NCBI GenBank assembly: GCA_027069645.1
Contig: JALXEI010000159.1
Location: forward strand, 1-60,075
DNA length: 60,075 nucleotides
Direction of reading: 5' to 3'
Source: Hyphomicrobiales bacterium
GTDB taxonomy: Bacteria; Pseudomonadota; Alphaproteobacteria; Rhizobiales; JAKIUO01
Shown here: positions 42,906 through 51,191 of the stretch, one piece after another
Numbering within the stretch: the stretch's first letter is position 1
Layout of the letters: every line of letters starts with the position of its first letter
The notes under the pieces: model-generated
Seen by the model: the letters and a program-made list of their open reading frames with translations, nothing else
What the model was told of the DNA's origin: nothing
Database searches by the model: none
Translations under genes and position numbers: made by a program

Positions 42906-43661
42906 CTAAACTTTTGGTATATCGCCGTTTGTATGTTCAATTCCGCTTGCAGCCTCGGCGAGTTCTTCAGGCGTTTTTGGCGTGAAAATATATTCAGACG
43001 GCATGTTCTCCGGAGCAAGCGCGCCCAGAGAAACATATATTTTCATCAACTGGTCCACCTGCATATTGGGGACAGGCGTGATATTTTTTTCCGGCATGAA
43101 CAGCAAATAGCCTGACATGGGAATCGGCGAGGTTGGAAAATAGACCAGTTTTCTACGCTCCCCGTCCATTACATAGGTTTGCGGCGAGGCCAGAAGGGCC
43201 AGTGTCTCAACCCCGTCAAGCGCTCCCAGACGACAGCGCACCACACTCATACCTGCCAGTTCCTCGGCATTGGGTTCACCCGAAGCAAAGCGCACAATGC
43301 GCGCCACCGGCTTGTAGATTGAGCGGAAAAACGGCACGCGATCCATCGCCGCATCAAAGGCGTTCTCCAGCCCCTTTCGCGCCTGCGAGCGCACGATCAG
43401 CCCCAAAATCCAGATACCGATAACCGTAATCAGCAGTCCGAGCGAAAAAGCGATATACTGATAGTCGCGCCCGACCAGTACCTTGCCGCTTTGCAGGATG
43501 AGTTCACCGAAAAACGTCCCCGGCCCGATCGCGTCCCTGATCCAGCGCACCAGCCAGATGATGATGAAAATGGTCAGCACCACCGGCAGCAGGAAAAAAG
43601 ATCCGGTCAGAAAGGTGCCGATAATACTGGTGCGCCAGAAACGGGACAAAAATCCGAACAT
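42906..43661 (-). CDS. DUF502-like membrane protein
   Basis: 251 aa. The N-terminal pair of TM helices (IIGTFLTGSFFLLPVVLTIFIIIWLV..., FSLGLLITVIGIWILGLIV) and the overall layout resemble DUF502 proteins. Assigned from memory only. Confidence 0.5.
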   Translation of the reverse strand: MFGFLSRFWRTSIIGTFLTGSFFLLPVVLTIFIIIWLVRWIRDAIGPGTFFGELILQSGKVLVGRDYQYIAFSLGLLITVIGIWILGLIVRSQARKGLENAFDAAMDRVPFFRSIYKPVARIVRFASGEPNAEELAGMSVVRCRLGALDGVETLALLASPQTYVMDGERRKLVYFPTSPIPMSGYLLFMPEKNITPVPNMQVDQLMKIYVSLGALAPENMPSEYIFTPKTPEELAEAASGIEHTNGDIPKV

Positions 43662-43755
43662 GTCACTCCGCTCTTTGATCCATCATGATTGCGGGATACC
43701 GTTCGGCAGTATGCCCTATTTTTTGTCGAGATGAAACCACAACATATTGGTCCGA

Positions 43756-44388
43756 TTAACGCGCGCTGCGGGGACAAAGTCGAAACAGACCGGCATAGGA
43801 ATAAACCCTTCCCAAGAGGGGGTGATTGATACCAAATTTCATGGCAATTCGATGTTCGTCCAATCCCCGCTCCTCGATCCTTGCCCGACCCAGCAATATA
43901 TGGCCGGGAACAGGGAGTTTCACGGGTCCGATTTTCAGCAGGTAGCCGGTACTTTCATAGATCAGCACCTCTTCTTCTTCGCGAATCGCCATCCTGATTC
44001 CCATATTGACCAGCCCTTGTTTGCCGACATATTCGATGATCTCTTGCCCACCGGCATGCACCATGAAAGAACGAAACAAAACCGCCTTCTTGCCGGGCCG
44101 TTTGAAGGCGCGATGCCAGAACATCGCCTTGCTGCCGGAACGTGTGCTGTTTTTGACCCGCACAGGAATATTTTCCTCGCGCAACAGCACCGGCCCGCCA
44201 AACAGTCTGGCAAAGCCCAGCAGCACAAAAGCCGGCAGCGGATAATGGACCGACATGCGGCCCTCAAGCTCGATATGATCCGAACTGTCGAGGGCAAGGC
44301 CATAATGTTTTTGCACCGCCGGGGCCAGCCGCGCCCAGTCTGGACCAAGGGCCTGCTCGAATAGGGAGATATTTTGCAATTGAGACAT
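43756..44388 (-). CDS. DUF4166-like protein (last gene of the GbsR-linked operon)
   Basis: About 210 aa. The N-terminus ...LFEQALGPDWARLAPAVQKHYGL resembles the DUF4166 opening motif. The start at M5 (44388) directly abuts the upstream stop; the ORF extends to 44400. Confidence 0.5.
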   Translation of the reverse strand: MSQLQNISLFEQALGPDWARLAPAVQKHYGLALDSSDHIELEGRMSVHYPLPAFVLLGFARLFGGPVLLREENIPVRVKNSTRSGSKAMFWHRAFKRPGKKAVLFRSFMVHAGGQEIIEYVGKQGLVNMGIRMAIREEEEVLIYESTGYLLKIGPVKLPVPGHILLGRARIEERGLDEHRIAMKFGINHPLLGRVYSYAGLFRLCPRSAR

Positions 44389-44390
44389 CA

Positions 44391-44888
44391 TCAACTCCAC
44401 AAAACAGACAGGTCGGGCTTGGCCACCATCAGCCAGACCGCCAGCACCAGCGAGACAAAGGCGGGCCAGCCGAGCCAGAACCAGAAACGTGCCAGCCGCC
44501 TGTATTCTTTTGGCAGGGGCTGGCCCTTTTGCAGGGCTTCATCAGCCAGATTGCGCATCAATATTTGCAGCCGGACTACCGGCAGCCAGCACAGACCGGC
44601 CAGGATATAAAGGGCAAAGGCCAGAATCACCCAGGGTTCGTTTAGCGAAATGCCCAGCTCGCGCAACAGCAGCCAGCCGCTTATGGGCTGATAGATGACG
44701 GTTGGCGTGGTGAACAGCCAGTCGGCCAGCACCACATGGCGCGCCGTGATGACCTGTGCGTGCAAATCGCCTGAACGATCCGCCATATATTTGTAAAAGG
44801 CACTGCCAAGCCCGGTGCCAAACAGCAAAAAGGCGCTGAGAATATGGGACCATTTGAGCAGATTATAAAGTGTGAAATCTTCAGGCAT
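44391..44888 (-). CDS. DUF2269-like integral membrane protein
   Basis: From the ATG at 44888 (MPEDFTLYNLLKWSHILSAFLLFGTGLGSAFYKYM): about 165 aa with four predicted TM helices. It starts 5 nt after the upstream stop. Confidence 0.5.
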   Translation of the reverse strand: MPEDFTLYNLLKWSHILSAFLLFGTGLGSAFYKYMADRSGDLHAQVITARHVVLADWLFTTPTVIYQPISGWLLLRELGISLNEPWVILAFALYILAGLCWLPVVRLQILMRNLADEALQKGQPLPKEYRRLARFWFWLGWPAFVSLVLAVWLMVAKPDLSVLWS

Positions 44889-44893
44889 ATTTG

Positions 44894-46177
44894 CTATCCT
44901 TCGGCTTGGCTGATCATTAGTGATGTGGCAACGAGAACGGGAAAATTTTTGGCCAGCCCGCCGAACGGATCGGCCCACATGTGCGGTGCCACGAAACTCA
45001 GAGCCAGCGTGTAGAAAAGGATCAAAACCATCTGCACCTGCCCGACCTGCCGGACCCGATAGTGCAGCAGCAGCGCCAGCCCCAAAGCCATGTCAAGAAG
45101 CGCTGCACCATAAAGGGCGAAAACCCCGCTCATGCCTTCAAGACCAAGGCGCTGCAACAGGGCGAGACTTTGTGCTTGCGGTGTCAGAAACAGCGAGGCC
45201 ACACCGGCCATGATCCACATGAAGGCCAGCGACAGGCGCAGCAGGGGAAAGAGAAAGGTCTGCCGCGCTTCCCGACGCTGACAGCGGCTGGCCGGATTTT
45301 GCGCCAGAACATGCGACAGCCCTTCAGGCGAAAAACCAAGCGCCCGGCGGCATGTCTCTCCCGAAAAGGCCCGCGCCTCTCGCAGCATTTTGATCGCCTG
45401 CCGATCGAGCGGAAATTTGCCCAGCAGCGGCGCCAGTCCTGCCAGCACCCCGGCAAGACCATAGGGGATATGAAGCGGGTGAAAGGATTTTTTTCCTGTC
45501 CAGCATGACAGTTTTTGCAGATATTGGCGCAGCGTGACCTGTTCGCCCCCCACCAGATCAATGCGCTGCCTGACCGCCTCCTTTCGCTCAATCGACAGCA
45601 AAATGGCCTTTGTCACATCTTTTATGCTGATCGGCTGCAATATTTGTTGCCCGTCGCCAATCACCGGCACCAGCGGCAGGGCGGAAAGGGCCTGAAAAAA
45701 GCGCCAGCTCACTCCCTCGTCGCCAATTATCAAAGAGGGGCGCAGGATCACCCAATCAAGAGCGCTTGCCGCCAGCGCATCATCGGCGCGTTTTTTCGAC
45801 AGGTGATAGGGGCTCCTTGCCGTTTCATCCGTCCCCAGAGCCGAAATCTGAATGACCAGCTCGACCCCGGCTTGTTCACAGGCAGCAAACAGGGCGCGCG
45901 GGGCCTTGTCATGCAAGTCGTCAAAACGCTGCCGCCTTGTCTGGGAAAATATTCCCACGCAATTGACCACCACATCCACATCCACATCTGCCAGCAGCGG
46001 CAACCAGTCTTCGGGGCGTTGAGCGCCAGCAAAATCCACAACCCGCCACGTTACCCCCTCTCCCCATCTTCCCCGTTCGCGGCGCGATATGAGCACCAGC
46101 TCATGACCTTTATGGCGCAAGGTCTCAACGAGATGGCGGCCAATAAACCCGCTGGCCCCGGTGATCAAAATACGCAT
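44894..46177 (-). CDS. SDR/NAD(P)-binding epimerase-like protein fused to a C-terminal multi-TM (DoxX-like) domain
   Basis: MRILITGASGFIGRHLV Rossmann motif. The C-terminal ~120 aa are hydrophobic (FLFPLLRLSLAFMWIMAGVASLF..., VFALYGAALLDMALGLALLL..., MVLILFYTLALSFV). Confidence 0.7.
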   Translation of the reverse strand: MRILITGASGFIGRHLVETLRHKGHELVLISRRERGRWGEGVTWRVVDFAGAQRPEDWLPLLADVDVDVVVNCVGIFSQTRRQRFDDLHDKAPRALFAACEQAGVELVIQISALGTDETARSPYHLSKKRADDALAASALDWVILRPSLIIGDEGVSWRFFQALSALPLVPVIGDGQQILQPISIKDVTKAILLSIERKEAVRQRIDLVGGEQVTLRQYLQKLSCWTGKKSFHPLHIPYGLAGVLAGLAPLLGKFPLDRQAIKMLREARAFSGETCRRALGFSPEGLSHVLAQNPASRCQRREARQTFLFPLLRLSLAFMWIMAGVASLFLTPQAQSLALLQRLGLEGMSGVFALYGAALLDMALGLALLLHYRVRQVGQVQMVLILFYTLALSFVAPHMWADPFGGLAKNFPVLVATSLMISQAEG

Positions 46178-46185
46178 GTTACACC

Positions 46186-46566
46186 TTATGACTTTTCAGA
46201 TTGCGGCCTTGAAACCTTGTAAAGCTCGGCCTTTATTTCGGCATCAAGCTGCTTGAAAGCCGTGCGCCCCAGCACGCGGCCAATGACCAGCAGGGCAAAA
46301 ACCAGACAGATCAACCCCAGCAACAAAGACCTTGAAAACAACACCATGGAAGACAGACCAACGGGCGGATAGGCCGCCACAAACAGCACACCCATGAGCG
46401 GTGCCAATACCAGCAGAGCGCTGGAATAAACCGCCCAGAACATGGCACTGCGCCCGCTTGGGCAACTGTCACCCAGTGTTGCGTAAAGAGGTTTGGCCAG
46501 CAAAAGCGCAAACAAGCCCCCTGCCCCGCTTGCCACGGCTGCACTTGACAAAAGCACCATCATCAT
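46186..46566 (-). CDS. Small hydrophobic membrane protein, first gene of the operon
   Basis: 126 aa with 3-4 predicted TM helices and a strong SD (AAGGAG) 7 nt upstream of the ATG. It ends 8 nt before the SDR gene start. Confidence 0.55.
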   Translation of the reverse strand: MMMVLLSSAAVASGAGGLFALLLAKPLYATLGDSCPSGRSAMFWAVYSSALLVLAPLMGVLFVAAYPPVGLSSMVLFSRSLLLGLICLVFALLVIGRVLGRTAFKQLDAEIKAELYKVSRPQSEKS

Positions 46567-46594
46567 GTCACTTCTCCTTCTTTAAATATTGTTA

Positions 46595-46612
46595 TTTCTG
46601 TAATGACAGAAA
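46595..46612. promoter_or_regulatory. Palindromic operator candidate TTTCTGT-N4-ACAGAAA (operon side)
   Basis: TATTTCTGTAATGACAGAAAC, with 7-bp perfect arms. It lies between the regulator stop (46641) and the SD of the 46566 gene. Confidence 0.55.
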
Positions 46613-46640
46613 CTCGTGGTCAAAAAAAAGCCGGGCGGGT

Positions 46641-47159
46641 TCAGCGCCCGACAAAACGAATGATCTTGCTGCCCATATGAACCATTTTCATAAAGGTTTC
46701 ATTGGGCACCTTCTTCACATCCTCGTACCAATCCGACATCTGATCGACAAATTGCAGCATATTGTTGATCTGCTGTTTGACGTGCGGATCGGTGGTCTGT
46801 TCACGCTCCGCCTCGTCTGCCAGATCGCGCAACAGTGTCAGGGTCGGGTCGATCTCGCGCTTTTTGCGCGCTTCGACAATGGCGTTGAACGTCTCCTGCA
46901 CATCTTTCAATGCGGTAAAATGGTCGCGCCGGTCACCCAGCACATGCGCCTTGTGCACAAGGCCAAGGCTTTGCAGTTCCTTCAAACTGTTGGAGACATT
47001 GGAGCGGGCAATATTGAGTTCCTCGCAAATCTGATCGGCGGTCATCGGCTTTTGCATCAGATAAAGCAGGCCGTGAATTTGCGCCACCGAGCGATTGACC
47101 CCCCAGCGGCTCCCCATCTCCCCCCAATGCAGAACAAATTTCTCGACAATCGGCTTCAT
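46641..47159 (-). CDS. GbsR/MarR-family transcriptional regulator
   Basis: 172 aa. VEKFVLHWGEMGSRWGVNRSVAQIHGLLYLMQKPMTADQICEELNIARSNVSNSLKELQSLGLVHKAHVLGDRRDHF matches the GbsR-type winged-helix layout. Confidence 0.75.
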   Translation of the reverse strand: MKPIVEKFVLHWGEMGSRWGVNRSVAQIHGLLYLMQKPMTADQICEELNIARSNVSNSLKELQSLGLVHKAHVLGDRRDHFTALKDVQETFNAIVEARKKREIDPTLTLLRDLADEAEREQTTDPHVKQQINNMLQFVDQMSDWYEDVKKVPNETFMKMVHMGSKIIRFVGR

Positions 47160-47179
47160 TACATTTCGTTCTATTAGTA

Positions 47180-47199
47180 ATTTCTGTTATTACAGAAAT
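47180..47199. promoter_or_regulatory. Palindromic operator candidate ATTTCTGT-N4-ACAGAAAT (autoregulatory side)
   Basis: AATTTCTGTTATTACAGAAATA with 8-bp perfect arms, 21 nt upstream of the regulator ATG. It is nearly identical to the 46595-46612 site. Confidence 0.55.
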
Positions 47200-47361
47200 A
47201 ACATGAATGATAGCCTGTGGCAATCAATTTGCTACACGAGCACGTGCAATCTGAAATTTTGCCATTACCGGGATCGTAAGGAGGTAAGTCTCGGACCGGG
47301 CAACAACCCGGATGCCTGACCGGCAGGCATAGAGCAGTATCGTTATAATCAATTGCAGAAT

Positions 47362-48366
47362 CTAACCGGTTGCCTCACCGGATTTTTTCATATCCAGCAG
47401 ATGCTTTTCCCAGTTATAGGCATGTCGGGTAATAACGGCGAGATCCTCAAATCCAGGTTGCCAGTCAAGCCGCTCATGAATGAGATCAACGCTCGCAATA
47501 AGTGCCGCCGGATCACCGGCTCGTCGCTCCGACATCCTGACATCGAAATCAACACCGGAGGTTTTTTTGACGGCATCTATGACCTCAAGCACAGAATAAC
47601 CACGACCATAACCACAATTCAGGATCTGATTATCACCACCGTTGCGCAAATGCTGCAAGGCGGCAGAATGCGCGCTGACCAGGTCGCTGACATGGATATA
47701 ATCCCGAACGCCGGTTCCATCATCTGTATCGAAATCACTCCCGAAAACTTCCATATGAGAGCGCATCCCGAGAGCGGCCTGACAGGCAACCTTGATCAGA
47801 TGGGTGGCATTGGGCGTTGACTGGCCGGTCCGCCCTTCCGGATCCCCCCCCGCGACATTAAAGTAACGCAGGGCAACAAAATTGAAATCATGGGCAAAAG
47901 CAGTATCCTGAAGCATAATCTCGGTCATCAGTTTTGAAGAACCGTAGGGTGAAATCGGCTTGAGAGGCGTATCTTCGGATACTTTCTCCGTTTCAGGCAT
48001 GCCATAAACGGCCGCTGTCGAGGAAAAAATAAAATGTTTGACACCGGTTTTAACAGCAGCCTCGATCAGGGCGCGAGAATTGACCGTATTGTTGTAATAA
48101 TAGCCGAGCGGATCAACAACGGATTCAGGCACAACAATCGAACCGGCAAAATGAATGATCGCATTGACATTGTGATCCCTGATGCTTTTGCTGACAAGTT
48201 CGATATCACCGGCATCACCTTCGACAAACGCGGCCTCGTCGGGAACGGCCCAGCGAAAACCGGTTGAAAGATTGTCAACGACGACAACCTTCTCCCCCGC
48301 TTCCAGCAATTCAAGAACCATATGGCTGCCAATATAACCGGCACCACCTGTCACCAGCACACTCAT
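47362..48366 (-). CDS. galE: UDP-hexose (UDP-glucose / UDP-GlcNAc) 4-epimerase, GalE family
   Basis: From the ATG at 48366: MSVLVTGGAGYIGSHMVLELL, catalytic YGSSKLMTE (YxxxK), 334 aa. The 410-aa ORF extension was rejected. Confidence 0.88.
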   Translation of the reverse strand: MSVLVTGGAGYIGSHMVLELLEAGEKVVVVDNLSTGFRWAVPDEAAFVEGDAGDIELVSKSIRDHNVNAIIHFAGSIVVPESVVDPLGYYYNNTVNSRALIEAAVKTGVKHFIFSSTAAVYGMPETEKVSEDTPLKPISPYGSSKLMTEIMLQDTAFAHDFNFVALRYFNVAGGDPEGRTGQSTPNATHLIKVACQAALGMRSHMEVFGSDFDTDDGTGVRDYIHVSDLVSAHSAALQHLRNGGDNQILNCGYGRGYSVLEVIDAVKKTSGVDFDVRMSERRAGDPAALIASVDLIHERLDWQPGFEDLAVITRHAYNWEKHLLDMKKSGEATG

Positions 48367-48845
48367 ATAAAAACTTCCTGTATGTCCTTGACCATTCGAT
48401 TTTCGGTCAGTGTGCACCCTGTTTAAATACAGGATCGTCAATTCAACGCACGAACAGCCTAAAGGATCAGCGACCGGTTCTGTCAGCCCTGCACAACATT
48501 CATCAGCACACATACTTATATCCAGACACACTGAATAATCAGGCTGTCCTCTGATCTTTGCTGTATAGGTGCAGGAATATGTTTCGTCAAGCATTCCAAT
48601 ATCAGGAACAATGTGACATTGTGAACCGGTCCCGCATATGCGAGCATCGGGAGTTGCGACTTTTTAGAGTCCGATTCAAAACTCATTATAATCAAGCAAT
48701 GAGTTTTAAAACGGACTCAAACGGGGAACTGTTTCAGTTGGCTGATCCCCCGGCGCTAACACCAGGAGCCACGTTAACCGTGGAGAGGGAGCGGGTGAAC
48801 CTGCCGGAAGGGAATATCGCTACGCCAGACGATCAGGACTGTAAA

Positions 48846-49772
48846 ATGCGCAAACTTCAATTTGCAAGGGTCTGCTTTAAACCGGAACTGGCAGCTCTGC
48901 TCTTTCTTTTTTGCTCGCTGCTGGAGGTGCAACCCGTTATTGGCGAGCCTTTTCCGGTGCCCCGGCTGAAAAATATCAGACACTGGGGGTATCAGCTTCA
49001 GGATGTCCACCTGCCAGACATCGCACGAAGTTTTTACGATCTTGTTGTCATTGACTATTCCGCAGACGGCTCGGACGAAAAGGCATTCAGTGCCACTGAC
49101 ATTGCCGGAATAAAAAACAGGCCGGATGGAAAGCGCAGGATTATTCTGGCCTATCTGAGTATTGGTGAGGCCGAGGACTACCGTTTTTACTGGCGTGCCG
49201 GATGGCATAACAAACGACCGCCCTGGATGATGGGGGAAAATCCGCAATGGCCCGGAAATTACCCCGTTAAATACTGGGACAGGCGCTGGCAGAAAATCAT
49301 TTTCAACTATCTTGATCGGATTATAGCCGTCGGTTTTGACGGGGTTTATCTTGATCGGATTGACAGTTATCAATCTTTCCGGACGAACCCGCGCGCCGAA
49401 GAACAGATGATCTCGCTGGTCTCAGGAATCGCAAAGTATGCCAACCGGAAAAAGCGCCATTTTTATATTGTCCCTCAAAATGCCGAAAGCCTGCTGCGGC
49501 ATTCACACTATCGAAAACAATTGAGTGCCGTTGCCAAGGAGGATTTTTTGTTCGGCCTGAAGGGAGACGGCAAACCGAATGGCAAGGATGAACAGTTCTG
49601 GTCCGGTAAATATCTGTCGCTCGCGCAACAATCCGGATTGCCGGTTCTGGTGATTGAATATCTGCAAAACAGGAAAGATATCTTGCGAACCGAAAAACAG
49701 TTGAGGGCGAGACATTTTATTCCGACTTTTTCGAACCGCGCTCTCAATCGCCCCTCACTGCCAATTCGCTAG
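48846..49772 (+). CDS. Secreted TM1410/GH114-like TIM-barrel glycoside hydrolase (PelA-hydrolase-domain-like)
   Basis: From the ATG at 48846 with an AGGA SD: signal-like ELAALLFLFCSLL. Motifs WGYQLQ..., VVIDYS, ILAYLSIGEAEDYRFYW and FDGVYLDRIDSY are typical of the endo-alpha-1,4-polygalactosaminidase / TM1410 family. Confidence 0.7.
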   Translation: MRKLQFARVCFKPELAALLFLFCSLLEVQPVIGEPFPVPRLKNIRHWGYQLQDVHLPDIARSFYDLVVIDYSADGSDEKAFSATDIAGIKNRPDGKRRIILAYLSIGEAEDYRFYWRAGWHNKRPPWMMGENPQWPGNYPVKYWDRRWQKIIFNYLDRIIAVGFDGVYLDRIDSYQSFRTNPRAEEQMISLVSGIAKYANRKKRHFYIVPQNAESLLRHSHYRKQLSAVAKEDFLFGLKGDGKPNGKDEQFWSGKYLSLAQQSGLPVLVIEYLQNRKDILRTEKQLRARHFIPTFSNRALNRPSLPIR

Positions 49773-51185
49773 CCAGTCATTGTGACTGATATTGGTCGCT
49801 GCATGCATAAAAGTGGTGTAGTTGATATTTTTCAAGGCATTGTCAAGAGCGGCATAGGCCACGAGACCACTGATGAGGCTGGCCAGCAAATAGCCGAATC
49901 CAAAATATTTTTCGCCCATATTCATTGTTACGAACGTCAGTCCACCATTGAGCACCAGAAACAGGGTCTGGAGATAGAAAAACCGGCGATTTCGATTGAA
50001 GAACAAAAGCAGGGAGGAACAGGCCAGGAAAAGGAACTGGAAAAGTGCTCCGACGATCCCCAGCCGAAGAATGGAAGTCTGTTGATATTGCATGCCTGTC
50101 ATTTCAATAATGTTTGGTGAAAACAATATCAAAATGACACAAAGGGCAGCCTGTATGATCAGAATGCGGCTCAGGGACAGATGGGTCAAACTGGCCAGTT
50201 CGTCCGCATTTTTTCGGATCTGCTGCAAGGTGGCATGGGCTGTAATGTCGGCATAATAGCGCTGATAACTTCTGAAAAAATCGCTCTCCAGATTGATAAT
50301 AAACAGGGAAAGAGCCGGGATGATCACCAGATAGGCGATGAACATGGCGCTGTCGTAAACCGGCGCATGTATAAAACCGGCCGGTAGTATTTCACCCGCC
50401 GGTCCCAGCCACATGACCCATTTGTCAATCCAGATCGCACTAACCGAAAACATTGCGGCCAGCGCCATAGACCCGTGTTGTCCGGCCGCCTGAACAAAAG
50501 CTCTCACGGCTTTGAGTGGCCTCGTTATGACATCGGGAAATGTCAGCATAACACGGCCCACGAGCCAGTAGAGCGTAAAACCAAGCCCCACATCAAATCC
50601 CCAGACAAGCCCTGGAATACCCATTTTATACCAGGTCGCCATAAAAGCACATATCACGGCAATTATCAGTCCGGCTGCAAAGGCAATGGTTATTGTTCGA
50701 AAATCCCGTACGGCAGAACAAAAAGCCAGAGTAACCCATATCATCCCCACAAGGACCGTAGAGATCACTGCTGTTGCCAGTTGAGACGCCGCCAGGTGGA
50801 CCAGAACCGGATAAAACAGGAATGAAACAGTTGTCGCCGACAAGGCACCGAGAAAAAGGGCCGCAAAAAAGACATGACTGATCACTGTGTAGCTTTTGTT
50901 ATAAATGGCATCAGAAACCATACGGGTTGAGATGATAACAACCGGGGCGGTTGCGACAAGAGAAAGCGCAAAAGAATAAATAATATTTGCCCTGAATTCG
51001 GCCAGAAATTCCAGCCCCAGAGCCGCTTCTGTCACAAGTGTGATAAAGCCAATGGCAAAAACAGTAAAAATCCAGGGGCCGGCCGCAATGATTGCACCAT
51101 GTACCATTGCATGAAGCTGCCCGAAAATGCCGCCACTTTTCATCAGCTTCTGGAGTTCAAAACCTATACCGGCCATAATGGACAC
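49755..51185 (-). CDS. pelG: Exopolysaccharide Pel transporter PelG (MATE-like, 12 TM)
   Basis: The N-terminus (MSI)MAGIGFELQKLMK matches the characteristic PelG opening MAGIGFEL. 476-aa polytopic protein located directly after pelF. Confidence 0.8.
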   Translation of the reverse strand: MSIMAGIGFELQKLMKSGGIFGQLHAMVHGAIIAAGPWIFTVFAIGFITLVTEAALGLEFLAEFRANIIYSFALSLVATAPVVIISTRMVSDAIYNKSYTVISHVFFAALFLGALSATTVSFLFYPVLVHLAASQLATAVISTVLVGMIWVTLAFCSAVRDFRTITIAFAAGLIIAVICAFMATWYKMGIPGLVWGFDVGLGFTLYWLVGRVMLTFPDVITRPLKAVRAFVQAAGQHGSMALAAMFSVSAIWIDKWVMWLGPAGEILPAGFIHAPVYDSAMFIAYLVIIPALSLFIINLESDFFRSYQRYYADITAHATLQQIRKNADELASLTHLSLSRILIIQAALCVILILFSPNIIEMTGMQYQQTSILRLGIVGALFQFLFLACSSLLLFFNRNRRFFYLQTLFLVLNGGLTFVTMNMGEKYFGFGYLLASLISGLVAYAALDNALKNINYTTFMHAATNISHNDWLANWQ

Positions 51186-51191
51186 TCCCTG

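Noticed and set aside
42579..42985. Three overlapping plus-strand ORFs of 76-124 aa, and the 110-aa minus-strand ORF at 42704-43036
   Set aside because: They lie across the riboswitch and promoter region or overlap the DUF502 gene 3' end. The structured-RNA explanation accounts for the sequence conservation pattern.
45515..47177. Plus-strand ORFs of 235 aa (45515-46222) and 258 aa (46401-47177)
   Set aside because: They are antisense to the SDR, small membrane protein and GbsR genes. They have no motifs and a His/Gln/Arg-rich shadow composition.
48558..48845. 96-aa N-terminal extension of the hydrolase ORF, which would overlap the upstream extension of the galE ORF
   Set aside because: The internal ATG at 48846 has an AGGA SD and is followed at once by a signal-peptide-like segment. 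The extension has no such features.
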